A stretch of DNA of 64,000 nt, from positions 188,157 through 252,156 of the forward strand of contig JAQGDQ010000346.1 of NCBI GenBank assembly GCA_030141605.1. Direction: 5' to 3'. The DNA comes from Tubiluchus corallicola (lineage: Eukaryota > Animalia > Priapulida). Shown piece by piece: positions 48,611 through 62,495 of this stretch (the stretch's first letter is position 1; each line of letters opens with the position of its first letter). A program made the position numbers and the translations under genes. Below the pieces are notes generated by a model. The model was not told the origin of the DNA. It saw only the letters and a program-made list of their open reading frames with translations, and did not search any database.

Positions 48611-49020
48611 CTTCAGCTATTTTGCACATTTAGTTGCGCAACTGAAATTTGCAACGCATGACGTTATTTTTACATTGTTAGTTACAAAATTGTTCAGACG
48701 AAAGGTTGGTTTTAAAAACCAATACTTTCTAAGTTTTGCATTTTTACCTTACTCAAGCTCCAAAGTTCACCTAACCAAATATCCTTTAACAATACATACA
48801 CTAAAATAGTAAATTATTGAACTCTTATGTTCTTTCCATGCTCTTTCCATTTAGATAATTAATCTCCATCGATGATGTTCAAATGCAATTATAAATTGTC
48901 CATTCTTCAATGTAACAACAACCCTGCTGAATTCAGTAATAGCGACATATGTGTAAAACTCGTTTCATAAACAACACACTGTATAATGAATTTTATTACG
49001 TCTTTGTTAGGAAAACATAA

Positions 49021-49069
49021 TGTTTCGACTGGACACTAGCAGTCCTGAAGATGAATGCTAGTGTAAACG
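49021..49069. mobile_element. Penelope-like hammerhead relic, two back-to-back inverted copies
   Basis: Minus strand gactg-ctagtgtc-cagtc-GAAAC adjacent to plus strand CTGAAGA-tgaatgctagtgt-aaacg. Confidence 0.45.
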
Positions 49070-49884
49070 CTGCATTTTCCAAACAAAAATATGAGTAAAT
49101 TTATTTTATAGTGTGTTGCTTTTGAAACGGATATTGTTCTTGTTATAAAGAAGTTAAAAACTTTATGTGTAAAACTCGTCTCAAAAAACAAATTCATGAC
49201 ATCAAAATTCAAAAATCTAAACGCTGCATTACTAACTAAATCGGTCAAACTTTTACTATTCGTCTGCAAAAATTTCTCAAAGACCTGTTGATTTTAGTGA
49301 TACTCTTTTTCCCCTCAGAATATTTTTGTTTTCTCACTACATCACTTTACAACCAAGTTTTGTCCGTTTTTCAACTAACTTAGCTTGAACTATAATTTGC
49401 AACTTACTTTCTGTTAACTGTTTTACAACACAAATATTTTTATGTAGATCTCTCCGTTCGTACAATACATCATGAACAGTTTTATTCCTCTCTGTCTGTT
49501 TCTGCTAAACTTATAATATGACAAACAGATTGTTTAAATTTACCTTTATAATGCAGTAACCTGCTTCCAATGATACCTAAACGTCGGTTCTTTTTTCTTT
49601 TTTATTGAGAAATTTTTCATTAATAGTAAGTAACGTCAGTAACGTTGTGAACTACCGCTGACTGTAATTTAAACCAAAAGCTTATGTGAAAAAAAACACT
49701 GACAAAGGTTTTTCGCAAATAAAATACAATAGAATATTGTATACAATAGTATACAATAAGGTATTGTATACACATTTCCAGTTTTTGCACTAATTGCAGA
49801 GTAACATTTTGGACTTATTTTTCATAAAAATAGTGCTGAAATTAAACTATTAGACAGAAAATGAATGAAAAAGTGTTTTGCGTA

Positions 49885-50410
49885 CATTAGGGGGAAGAAA
49901 AGAGAAATTTAAAATATGTCGCAAAAAACTTTCCACACAAAGTTATATTCCTTAGCATTACGCTATTCCTAACTATCAGAAAGACATAATACATGCAACT
50001 GAAAGATAAAGGTCTTAATAATTTAAAATGTTCGCGCCTACTGGTAAAACGTCACTGTTTAAATATCCAAGGGTTTACCAACCACATCACTGGCTCAGCA
50101 GAAAACATATTATTAATCCTATTGACAAGATGAAGTAATTTACACAACTGCTTAGCCGGTAAAGTATGTGCTACGAATATGCCTGATGATTTTTTGAACT
50201 TTACGCAGTTTTTTTAAAGTTTCTTGAATTTCTTACTCAAGGGCTGACCGTTAAAATGACTGCGCCTAAGACGTCAGCACAGGAGTTTAAATTTACGAGT
50301 TTTCTACAGAGTTACACAAATACAGGTTCAATATATGAGTTAACTTCAGCAAGAGACATCATATAAGTAATGCAAAATTTCAAGACGAATTTTTTAAATA
50401 TCGTACACGA
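49885..50410 (+). repeat. Interspersed repeat, related copy at 56025-56520
   Basis: Colinear blocks: aaaaaactt.cca.acaaagttat, gaaagacata, tcagca.aaaacata, att.acaagatgaagta.ttta, gctacgaata, ggagtttaaattt, atgcaaaatttca.gacga. Confidence 0.8.
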
Positions 50411-51017
50411 ATTCTCCTTTCTTGTCCTTTAAAGACATACAGCGGTGATTTGTTTGCAGGATATTTAAATGCTCAGCCAATCAGGGCACGAGTCGGTATC
50501 ATACTTTTGGGAATGTGGAACGATTTTGAATTGAAGTAATCGTGTTGTTTTTAATGGTGTATAGTACTGTTGGTCAGCAGTCATCATCACGATTACCTGC
50601 GAAATTAGCGTTGCTAATAAAGTTTTGAAATTGTTGTCTGTGTAAACGTTCTGTATTACACCTCTGGCCACTGCTGCCAAACTAAATACGTTTACCTTTT
50701 TATTTTTATTTTTATTATTATTTTTATTTCGCTACACAAATCCACAATACACTTAACACACAATAGCGGGCTTACAACTGCAAATGTGCAAGGGTTTCGT
50801 CTTGATTTCAGTAAAAAGGGAACAAATGAAAATAAGTTTATCCAATCTTAGGGATTTGCAGCATCTTCATACAAAAAAGCGATATAATCAAAATTTGCAA
50901 TAAGACAACAATTAACTTGTGTCAAGTCAGAAAACAAATACATGTATGCAATTTATATTAAGATGACAGTACAAAAAAAGTGCAAAACTGTGTTATTGTC
51001 GGTATTAGTAGTTTTAG

Positions 51018-51160
51018 CTATCATCTCATCATCGTTGCCATTATCATCACCATTAATATCATCATCATCATTATCATCATTTTGATCGTCGTTGTCGTCG
51101 TCGTCACCACCACCACCATCATCATCATCAACATAATCATCATCATCATTGCCATCATCA
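51018..51160. repeat. (ATC/GTC/ACC)n microsatellite
   Basis: Directly visible. Confidence 0.9.
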
Positions 51161-51421
51161 CGCAATATATATGAAGTTTGTACTCTGTGCTTCGTTCGTC
51201 ACGTTAAGGAACAAACGAAAACTATAACTGTATACTATATAATATAAGTGTATATCTGCTGTCTAGCGTGGGCCTAAGGTAAGGAAGAGACTAATTACGG
51301 CAAAAGTTCATACCACAAAACTAAACTAACAAAACAATAACAGGAGTTTACGACATTTTGATTTTCTGACCGCAAGCTCGCTGACCAGGTAAAACTAAGA
51401 CGATATTTAAACTTTACTCAC

Positions 51422-51625
51422 CTGTAAAGGTTGCTGATGAAGTACAATTGTGTGTCGGTCGACCCAGCTCTATGCTAATATAATTGGCTTCTCTTGTTGC
51501 GTTACGTGGTTGGCTTCATCTTGATGTGGCCAAGCTCTTCTTCTCCACACCTGTCCAGACAGGTTGAAATCCCCAGTTGCTGGTGATTAACCGAATGCGT
51601 TAAAGATGATGGCACGTTTGGGTAA
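51422..51625 (-). other. Candidate non-coding first exon
   Basis: Perfect donor CAG|gtgagt at 51421; GC-enriched; no long ORF; promoter motifs just upstream. The 5-prime end is a guess. Confidence 0.45.
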
Positions 51626-51644
51626 TAAACTGGACACTGTCAGC

Positions 51645-51716
51645 TTGTCACATGGGGCTACCAGTGCGCACGCGCATACAACCTATTGATCATGGCATTC
51701 TTATCGTCATAGCAAC
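51645..51716 (-). promoter_or_regulatory. Promoter-like cluster: E-box (gtcacatg), NRF1-like TGCGCACGCGCA, X-box-like catagcaac
   Basis: Motifs at 51647-51654, 51665-51676 and 51703-51716. Confidence 0.4.
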
Positions 51717-51913
51717 AATAAGTCAAATACACACTACGTTAGGCTAATAAGACTATTACGAGAACAAGATTTAATGTTTAAATAATATGATTCCAAGTTA
51801 GTGTTAGAAAACAGGCCAGCCAGGAATTAGCAACAAACAGGGAGAATTAGCCTCCAACTATTTTAACAGGCAAAGTATAAACACTGCCCAAAGGTCTATA
51901 TCTGGCATTCTAA

Positions 51914-52455
51914 AGGAAAAGGCGAGCCACTTTAGCATGTTGTGATAATTTTACTGTTGTTACTTAAACTCAGAAAAATACAACACAGAAATTTGCAAAA
52001 AAGAAACATTATAAATCATTAAATTAATTCATACTGCCGCTGCATAGAAATTTTCAGGCTCGGTGGTAGCCGCCATTCACTTGAAAATTATGACGTAACT
52101 GATGGACTTCATTGCTTTCTGCAAGAGCATCGTAGGTTTCCGCTGCTTAAACTAATTCAAACCTCTGCAGCTTATCACAAATATCACAAATTAGCTGTTT
52201 AAATTTTTCTAAATACTTATTATACTTTTGGCGGAAATTGTGCTGCCTTTCTTCAGTCGATAAACGACGTCATTTAATAAGTAATAGGTATTCAAAATGG
52301 AGCGCCCCCATGCTTGAAATGATTGCAACTTCAAAGTGATTTTAAAAAATACAGGAAGCGCTTATCACACTTTTATTACTAAATGTTTCTAACGTTTTTC
52401 CCAAGCACTGAAATAAGCCAAACTACCCAGAAGGCTTGCGTCTTCCAGGCTTCCT
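51914..52455. mobile_element. Kolobok-type MITE sharing its right end with 41430/61735
   Basis: ctaa|aggaaaaggcgagcc ... ggcttcct|ttaa; shared block cttatcaca.ttttatt.ctaaa..tttctaac.ttttt. Confidence 0.65.
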
Positions 52456-53052
52456 TTAAACCATCAATATAATAATAAGTCGTATTTTTATTTTGTTATT
52501 TTTAGTTATTAATTATCTCCATTGTTTAAAATTGTTGTATACAAATAGCTCTATATCGCAAACATAAAATTAAAATGATATTTATTGGAAAATTTATACA
52601 CGACCAGATTAGAAAAACGGATTAGAAACTATAGGGACAAAAGTGTCACTGTTAATAAACATTCAAACTAAAAACTAAATTAAAGACAATATACATAATA
52701 TGCAAACAAATTATGTATATTTATTATAACAGTATTTGTGCTATATAATAATTATGCAAATAATAATATTCAAAATGATATACAAATACAAATATTGAGC
52801 ACCCGGATTACAGTGAAGGCCACTGAACTGTGCTCGAAATTGTTTGAAATTTAAGCAAGCCTATCCACCCCTAAAAGTACCCCCCACGCCTGCAAAGCAT
52901 TGCAGTTAATTTGTACGTGTGGCTAAACTTTTTTTAGCGGCTGATTTTGCTAAAATTCTCCTCATTAGTCGGTTTCTAGCGGGCTCCGCCCCCAAGCGAC
53001 GTGGCATACTTTGCAAAGGTTCAGTGACGGCCAAGATCTAAATTCTTATAGG

Positions 53053-53517
53053 CAGTGGCGGCTCGTGTATAGGTACTGTGGAACTGCAGCACGCCCTATT
53101 TTCACTCAATATTGGCGATAATATTCAATATAAAGTGTTTTTGCTTTAGTTCTTTCTTCATACTTGTGCGGTCCCAGAGCACGTGAGGGTAGTACTGGTT
53201 GCTTCACAGTACGCTTCACCAACGCGGCGTTTAGCTGTTGTGCGCATGCGGCCGTGCGCACGTGTGTGAGCCCAGGTAGAAAAAGTACTGTCGTTCACAC
53301 AGTTGGTTATCATTTGTCATGTATTTACCGTGGAGAAATCAAGCTTGAACTGAGACAATTTAGGCCAGGTTAATGTATAAATTTTTGTATATTTATTTCT
53401 TTACAATTGCAACATTAAAATTACATATGTTTGTTTCGTTTTAAAACAGTATTAAAACAATGGCTTAAAAATTTTTGAAGCAGCACCCCCAGTAATTTTA
53501 ACTACGAACCGCCACTG
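53053..53517. mobile_element. hAT-type MITE
   Basis: TIRs cagtggcggctcgt / acgaaccgccactg; perfect 8-bp TSD cttatagg. Confidence 0.92.
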
Positions 53518-53826
53518 CTTATAGGACCACTTGAAGTAGTTATTCAGCATTGGACAACTAGTGGTTTTTTATCTGCTGATGGTTTATCTTCTTTTATGAT
53601 TTTTCTATGTTAGACGCATTGAGCCTAATGTAATTATAAACTGATAAATACCAAATAAACTGTCAAACGAAGACACAAACAAGCACTCAAGTTAGTGAGT
53701 GAAAAGTAACATTAACAAACTAATAGCGAAATAAAAACAGCAACATAAGAAGAAACGTTAAAACGAACGAGCAAATAAATTAACGAATAAGTACATTCAG
53801 TTATGAATCACTGAATTATAATTATA

Positions 53827-54036
53827 ATGAATGAATGAATGAATGAATGAATGAATGAATGAATGAATGAATGAATGTATGAATGAATGCATGAATGAAT
53901 GAATGAATGAATGAATGAATGAATGAATGAATGAATGAATGAATGAATGAATGAATGAATGAATGAATGAATGAATGAATGAATGAATGAATGAATGAAT
54001 GAATGAATGAATGAATGAATGAATGAATGAATGAAC
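53827..54036. repeat. (GAAT)n microsatellite
   Basis: Directly visible. Confidence 0.95.
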
Positions 54037-54699
54037 AAAGGAGGGAGTGAGTTAGTGAATGATCGAATCAATGTATGACAAATAAACAAATGAGTGAATA
54101 ATTGAACAAGCGAACGAATGAAACGGGCCACAGAAAGCCTTTCAAATTATTAATTATTGCCTGCAAAAGCTAAGTATATGCAGAATTTGTCCATGTAGGA
54201 GTTAGTACTTGTTACGGCTTGTCTTCCCTAACGAATATCATAGGCTGAGTATAGTGTGCAAAACCCGATGAATGCGCTTGATGTAATACCAAAGTTCATG
54301 GTCTAGTCCACGGAAACTCGTGGAAAAGCGGATAACCAGGAATTAAAAATTCACAGCGCACGCGCAGACTTTCTTGGCGCAGTCTTAGCTACCTGCATTT
54401 TGTATTCCTACTGCTGAATTCTGGACAGTTTCTATAGCAGCGTGATTTCCTTTTATACTAGCTATAATCACAGTAATATACAAGGAGGCCGTACATATAA
54501 TACAAAAGATGATGCACACAAAGGGAAGCCAGAAACATATAACAGTGAAGAGCAATTATTCACTTCGGCTATTATACGTTTGATATACCAAATTGAGAGA
54601 CACTGCTCTAACAACACAGCGTAAAGATGTGTATACAATGTGTATGACAAATTCTTAGTATATACGTCACACCGGAATAATTATTTAATATAATCTTAA

Positions 54700-55112
54700 A
54701 GGAAGACATGATGATTTTCATATACTACCCCATTTTAAACATCAAAAACATTCCGTGAACATGTTGCGCGTGTTTGCGAAAGGGAAAATTGAAGTACAGC
54801 ACTACTGCAAGATATTCAGTGTGTTGTACTAAAACTAGGCAAGTTTTAAGATAAAAATTCAAATTTCAAATTCATCACTGTGCCCACGCATGAACTGCCG
54901 AACGTGTGTAGTTCGTCACAAACTAACACATCTGAACTGAGAGGTACAGCACCTGTTTTTTGTGCATCGCTTTTCAAAATGCAGGCGCTAGTACCTGTCT
55001 AACTAGCAAAATGCATGTAACAGCGAAGAACTAGTGGTGCGAACGCGAAATTGCGTTTGTGTGGTAATAATTGTTTTACGTAAGTAATTTTTGAAAAAAT
55101 AGTATGTTTCCT
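54700..55112. mobile_element. Possible old Kolobok-type MITE
   Basis: TTAA|aggaagacat ... atgtttcct; right-hand TSD degenerate. Confidence 0.4.
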
Positions 55113-55444
55113 TTCGGGTTGTTTTGACCTACAGTTTAAGATTGGGGCTGGTTTTGCTTTAATGTCAAGACAGAATTTAGTTAGAGACAGTCTAGTGTGA
55201 ATGATCTAACATTGTAAATGCTGAATTTGGTTATAAGAGATAAATAGATAAGAGCCAGCTACAAGAGATGAACTTTTTTCGGACTAGCTTGATCATTGTG
55301 ACACAGCGTACAAGGACGTCTGTCTTATAAACAGAAGATACTTGGTTCAAATACAGTCTGTATCAAACTTTTACATTACCCGTCTTTCAAGTTTGTTTTC
55401 AAATTCAGTTTATTGTAGTCGCTTATTGTACTATCATAATTATG

Positions 55445-55525
55445 CCCCGAGTGCCAGGCACTGTCCCGTGGCATCACAGTTGTCCCATCAGCCATTCTAT
55501 CGTAAACGATTAAGTAGACAGCTGA
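55445..55525 (+). repeat. Interspersed repeat fragment, related to 32930-33016
   Basis: See partner copy. Confidence 0.7.
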
Positions 55526-56024
55526 CGATCTGTGGCTTGGGAAACCAATTTTTAATTTTGAGTTTACACCATCACATTTGAATGATATACCTGTGATAGC
55601 AGTGCTATGTACTGTCAGCAATCCATTTCTGTGGTCACTCAACAAAGTATTTCATTTTGTAGACATGCGCTATTTGTCATTCAGCCAATTCTAATCTTAT
55701 GAGGTTAATTTTGCTTTTCGATAAAAGTAATTATAAGACATCGTTCACCATCAATCAACCAAACATATCCGTACATTTAAAAGTACCCTTTCAAAAACTC
55801 GAATCGTTTTTAAAACATTTTCAGTAATGTGCTTCTAACCATCGAACCTAACTCTTCGCAACACTTTCTCATTTACTTTAAGCCGAAAAACAAATGGACT
55901 TCAGTAGTGGACTTAGTGACCACGAGGTAAGGCATGTTTGACGACCGTCTCTACTTTTACGCCGATTTTACAGTAATGACCTTGTTTGCCTTGCATTTAA
56001 GGCCCAAAGATGCTGCCCGGTTTG

Positions 56025-56419
56025 CTGGGGAAGAAAGGGTGATTTTCAAATAGACCTATGTACCAAAAAACTTCCATACAAAGTTATGTTAGTTTGCGTT
56101 ATGCTTACTTGTCTGAAAGACATACGTAACTGAGAAAGAAATTCTCGATAATTTAAACTGTTCGCTCTAGCTAGTAAAGTGACTCTATTTCACTATAGCC
56201 CAGTGTGGACCAAAAAACGGGTTCAGCAAAAAAAACATACTCTTAGTCTTATTAACAAGATGAAGTAGTTTATACTTTTGATTAATTAGTGAAATGTGGG
56301 CTACGAATACTCTTATTATTCTTTCGAACATTACGCAATGTTATCTAAACTTGTTTCGAACGACTTACTATTAATATGACAGCGTCTCTATACTAATAAG
56401 TCATCGCGGGAGTTTAAAT

Positions 56420-56485
<66 letters not shown>

Positions 56486-56520
56486 CACGTAGGCGATGCA
56501 AAATTTCAGGACGATTCTTA
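56025..56520 (+). repeat. Interspersed repeat related to 49885-50410, with (AT)n at 56425-56484
   Basis: See partner copy; the (AT)n tract replaces part of the partner sequence. Confidence 0.8.
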
Positions 56521-58362
56521 GCATTAGGTAAGAATAGTGTTTTTGGTGCTATGGATTTCCTGTAACCCTGGCATTGCACATCTGAGTTACATACATCTGG
56601 ACATACAGTATCTAATTTCTAAAACTAAGATCTTTCTACCATGGCTTTTGGTAATTTGTTTTTTTTCCTTTGAGTGGACATAAATATCAAAAAACATTCT
56701 TTAATTATCTTTCTTGACCGAGCTTTATAAAAAAATAAGAAAAACCGCAAGTTTACGCGTCCATTTCCCTCACTAAGCTTACAAAATGCAGAAATGCGCT
56801 GGCAGGAATTAAGAATCTGTTTCCTGGCAACGACATCACCCTAATGCACAGCATCCCTCTAAGAGACTTTATATCTAAACATCTCAAGTTCTCAAAGACG
56901 TTCTTAAAAGTATGACGTGCGTCTAATAATTACAGAGACGTTTAAAGTTTGTTCTTTTATTTTATACGTCGCACAATGGAGAGACAATGCACAAAAAATT
57001 GCGCACCAAGCATCTGTTTCATAGTTGCAGGACATTAGCATTTGTGACTTTGTGTGTTGGCTTTGTCGGTCTGTTTGGAAATGTTTTTTTCATTTATTAT
57101 TATATCACAAACAACAAGACCAATGAGCCATTGGTCAATGGTCACTTTGGTCACTGTGTTGTAGTCGATTAACTGCATGTGTGTTTGCGGAGCTGTCTAC
57201 ACGCAAATTTGACAAATAAATTGATTAACTCGTACCTATAGAGACCAGACTGAGATGTAAAATTGGCAGCTGAATGCCCAGTCCACGGGCATCCTTAGTG
57301 ATGTGGAAGATCTTCAAATTTACTGGAAAACGTCGCCAGCAGTTTTCCCTGGACATGTGCATCGTCGGCATGACGGTCAGCCAGATGAGCTTTTGTTTAC
57401 TAGTTGGAGCATTTGACGAAAATCACTCAAAAGTTTTGTTAGTCGAAAATTATTAAAAGAATATAGGCTTCCAATATAGGCTTCTGTCTTCTTAACTTCT
57501 TCAGATAATGGTATTTGGAGCAAATATATGCATCTCGAGTCATTTTTACTTGTCATTTTCAATCTTCTTACTCCAGTCTGGGTGAAGCGAGACACTGAAA
57601 AAGAGGCAAATACTCAAATATACATTCATTGCAAAAACATTAATTATGTTATTGTAATACTGCAAGCCATAATATTTACAAATTTCATAGAATTAATAAC
57701 ACAACCGCTGCTGCAGCTTATTAAAACACTGGGTTTCTTCTTTAGTATTCTTTAGAGATTCTTTCGAATCTCAGTCTTTCTCTCCAAATAATTTTAAACT
57801 TTTTATTGGAACACGGTTAACGTTTTCTTGCGTGTTTATTTCATTTAATAGTAGTTTTACAACTAAAAAATACAAAATTCAGAAAATCACGTGTGGATTT
57901 ACGCAATTTTTTTAACTTATTACGTCAACTACATAACATCAAGCATTATTAACTGAACCGCAAGTTTAATGAAAGCTCGAGTTATGTCTCGGATAGGTAA
58001 TAATCCTTCTGTAAGAGACTCCTCGGGGTTTAATTACAGCACCTGGCTGATCTACTAAGCTACAGGTATTCTTGTTATTATGCGCTATAGCAAGGGTTCG
58101 ACCAAGGGGAAGCCTTATGAAAATCTGATGGGTGAATCTACAGAGACGTAGCTCTGCATTAAACCAAGGCTGAAAGATTGTTTCCATTAGCACAGTCTAT
58201 TGCGATGGGAATAGATTGTGGCGAGGCCGGAATCTCGCTCATTTTCAAGGGTAATCTTCTAAGATGAGACGCTAAACCAGCAGAAGCCATGTTCAGATGT
58301 GAATGCAACCTCCATTAACGAGACAAATAGCCAGAATCAGAATGGCAAATAAAACCGTTTAG

Positions 58363-58458
58363 AGCTGGTATTGACACAGCGGTCACCTATCCATTTATAG
58401 ATAAGCCTCGGCGTTGCTTAATTTTGGTCGCTAAGCATACTACTCCTCTATTCCCCAT
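58363..58458 (-). mobile_element. tRNA/5S-derived SINE head (best-preserved copy)
   Basis: Minus strand aattaagcaacgccgaggc..tggataggtgaccgctgtgtcaataccag parallels 5S rRNA agttaagcaacgtcgggcc..tggatgggtgaccgcctgggaataccag. Confidence 0.7.
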
Positions 58459-60714
58459 GCTCGATCTATGACCAGTCTTGCCAAAATCACTGCTTACTTT
58501 GATCAACATTAAACAGACAAGTGAAAAAAAACTAATTAATATTGCTTTAGTCCATTTTGTATTATTTTACAAAAAATAACTGTATTGAAAATAAACACAA
58601 GTTGAACGGGCGGCGTGGTATTGATCAGTGAAAAACGTTAATGGTGGATACACTGTCGAAAATCATTAGATAAAAAAATTATCATGTCGAAAAATTTAAA
58701 AATAGCTCGCTGGTTAGGTGATGAATATTAAATTTGTGAATAGAACTTGACAGCATGAGATGTGACATCCGAGGTGTGATTTTTTTATTTGACTTTATTA
58801 CAGTGGCGGCAGCAAAACTAATCTCAGTTATACTAAGACGTTATTCAAAGTTGATTGAAAAAAAATTAAAAATCAGGAGCACATTATATTGCTAAAACGC
58901 TTGTGGAGTTTTCATGCATAAGATGACCATGGGAACATAAATTAACTCACGAAAACCTTGATTTACATAGTAAAGTACTAATGGATCTGCAGAGTACGTA
59001 GAAGTGAAATTACTGACGAAATTTGTGCCGTTACGTATATGCAGGAAGCCTAAATAATGAAAGCCTGTCATTTGCCGTTGCGAACCGAGAGACCGAGAGA
59101 CACAGACCGAGTCAAAATTGGAAACAATGTTATAAAAAACTGCTTTTACACCGAATTTAATTAAATTGATTAAACAAATGATTATAATTATTGAAGACGA
59201 AATCCCACCCCGGTAAGAATATAAGCCTTTAATGCTCTTATACTGGGCAAGGGTAAAGATATCATGACATTAATAACCATATAATAGATAGACGTAGTTG
59301 AAATTTTATGTCTTTTTAGGAAATTCTAAGAAGCAACATATTTTTCAAAATATGGATTATTTTTTCGATTTTATAAATAATTACACGACATGTGCAATCA
59401 TTCACTTCATGAAATTATTGCAACAGACGTATAACTTATAAAGATTATTTTGCATTGTGTCACCCGCCTTAACGCATCATAAAACAAGCGATTAGCCCAA
59501 ATCAGTTTATTACGTACAATAAATTAAAAGTGGTATCCAGAATTTTTCACCATTGCGAATTTTCTAAGACAATTAAAGTTACTAAACTACATTTTACCAT
59601 GGTACCGGACTGGGACAAAATCTGGAATGGAACTGAAAGAAGAGTTAATCTGAAGAGCATGCCATGTCAAAATCGTTTACTCGACATTGCAAAAGAAATT
59701 AACACAGTAACAACAAATAACAAAAATTTAAAGTACCTGTCAGAAAAACAATGGCGACCGTAAACAAGATGGAGGTTTTCTTTTAATGCACTAGTTCATC
59801 AGTGTAAAAAAGAGTTTTTTAGAACTTCTTGTTCCACAGACATTTGTAATGAAAAGAATGAGGGCAAGGCAGTCATTCCAAAAAAAACTAAATTTACTAT
59901 TTAGCTAATGTTATGTCATACATTTCAGCATTTTAAAATGCTGCAGTACTCATTGTTTCGCACAGAATCTTATAAACTATTTAAGGCCTATTTTCGTATA
60001 ATAGTCTATGGCTTTCTTTTCAGCTCTGCTGTTAATCAAAGGCCAACCTTATAAATAAAAATATTAGTTATATAAAAAATGTTGCGCATGATATAGGTAG
60101 ACCTATAATTATAAGCAATTAAGAACTATTGTGTCCTCGTGTTATTAGTTAGAAACTCCCTCTACTGCACAAAATGGGTTTTGATCATTTACATAGTGTC
60201 CTAATGGCGATGTACATCAATTTATAAATTTACATTTTAGTCAGTAGGCTAGCAGGACACATTTATTTCGATTTGCGCGCTTCGGGCCTGGACGAAACAT
60301 ATATAACATTAAGATCTGGCAGTGCTTCTTTTACTAAACTTCGTTCTTAACAAGGCGAGCATTAATTTTTGTGCGGCTTGCTAATTACAGCATAATTAGA
60401 ATATGGCATCATATATCAGATATTACTCATCGCAATAATTGCATGAAATATGCACTCTATAATGATATGCCAGACGCAACAATAATGATGACACCGAAAA
60501 AATTATCTGCTGAGTAACCAGAATACCTGCGATGATTATTCCTCGTTTATAATAATTATTATAATCTTGAAATATCAGAAACTCGGTGAGATGAAGATGA
60601 TGGGACGAGTTTCCATGGTTACGATGTTGCCGAAGAGAACTTGTTGACCTCATTATGATGTAGGAGAATGATCACTGTAGGTATGGTATAGTGATGCTAA
60701 TTCGTCAAATGAAG

Positions 60715-60716
<2 letters not shown>

Positions 60717-60800
<84 letters not shown>

Positions 60801-60952
60801 GCTCTCTCTCTCCCTCTTTCTCTCGCTCTCTCTCCCTCTTTTTCTCCCTCTCTCTCGCTCTCTCTTGCTCTCTCTCTCTCTCTCTTTCTCTCTCGCTCTC
60901 TCTCTCTCCCTCTCTCTCTTCTCTTCTCTTCTTTTCTTTTCTCTCTTCTCTC
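60717..60952. repeat. (CT)n microsatellite
   Basis: Directly visible. Confidence 0.95.
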
Positions 60953-61549
60953 GTTTTTATCAATTTTTGCAGGAAACTCTAAACTATGCACTTTTAATAA
61001 AAATAAACAATCTTTGCGCCATTTTATTAATGATCATTCAACGAGGAAACGCCGATTAAAAAGACAATTAGCAAACATAGCAAACAGTACTGGAATTCTA
61101 AATTGAAAGAGTTGCCTGATAAAGTTAGAACTTTGAAAAGTCGCTATCAATATTATTCACATTCTTATTTTGCAGCAAAAAATGAATTTAAATTGTTAAG
61201 CCCACGTTTTAAGCTGAACTGGATTAATAGGTTACTGCAAATGCTGTTAATTTAAATTCTTGTAAAGGAAGTCGCTTCTGGAAAGCATATAATAAAGTAT
61301 TCCAGAAGCGAAATGACAACCATGTTGGTGTTAATGCTTCTACAAATTCTACATTACCGATGAAGATAAATGTCCCTTGTCGTATGGAAATTTTTTTACC
61401 AGCTCCCACCATGAACTTGTTCCGATTAGAAACGCTTTAAGCCTTCTAGTGTGCTCTTTACGTATACTTTATGTATATATGTACCAGTATTAATCTTGTT
61501 AGATCGTCATAGCATTTTCCCTGTAAACAGACGGGTCTTTTTGTATTTG

Positions 61550-61554
<5 letters not shown>

Positions 61555-61595
<41 letters not shown>
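61555..61595. repeat. (AT)n microsatellite
   Basis: Directly visible. Confidence 0.95.
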
Positions 61596-61598
<3 letters not shown>

Positions 61599-61734
61599 AT
61601 CTGTACTTATAATTTTATTATATAAATAAAAGGTTTTGAATGAATGAATGGATAATTCAATATGCGTTATTAATTGGCCTTATCGAAATGTTCCGACAAA
61701 CCTGTATTTTAGATAGTTTACTAAAATTACTTAA

Positions 61735-62495
61735 AGAAAGAACCAACCCTTGAACAACATTTTTTGCATTTTAATGTACAATTAAAAATGTTGAAATTAC
61801 ATTACAAAATATGCGCAATGAATGCTTTGATTAAAAATGTAACAGAAATTTAAATATTTCTTATCTCCCGCCAAACTAGCGTTGATGCGGGCATATTTCA
61901 AAAAATGACGTAAGGTGTTGTATGCTGAGCAGCGTGAATGCTGTGAAGGCAAACTGTGTGAATGTATGCGTTGCAAAATTTCTATAGTTTCCTTAGAAGT
62001 TCCGTTATTCTAATGTTGTGTTTGACTTTATTTATCTAGAAATTAGTCATTCGATATATTATGATCAAATTGTAAGTGGTTACATTGCTTTAATCTACAC
62101 TACAGGATTACACCTTAAAGTTATTACTCACATGTGTAAGTAATTAACATTAATTGTGTAAATAATTAATTTACAGATTTTTTGACTTTTAGATGCGCAT
62201 GTAAACTTGCCAACACGTAATAGGTGCCAGGATGGTTATTTAGTTTAGGGAGTTCGCTGTACAAGTTAAAAAAGATCACTGAAGCACTTGGCAGAGTAAG
62301 TGTTTATAATGCACGGAAGCCCGACGGCGCCATTTTTCGTTTAAAACGAGCGCTCCCAAGCGTGAATTGACCAGGACTTTAAATTGATTTTACTAATTAC
62401 ACGAGATCCTTATCACAATTTTATTGCTAAAGCTTTCTAACATTTTTCCCAACTATTAAAGTAGGCTCAACTTCCTGAGATACTTGGCTTTTGCT
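61735..62495. mobile_element. Kolobok-type MITE, family copy 2
   Basis: TTAA|agaaagaaccaa ... ttggcttttgct|TTAA; colinear with 41430-42166. Confidence 0.88.

Noticed and set aside
58363-58440. Functional 5S rRNA gene
   Set aside because: Partial and diverged, lacks the 5S 5-prime end and terminator; dispersed relatives indicate a SINE.
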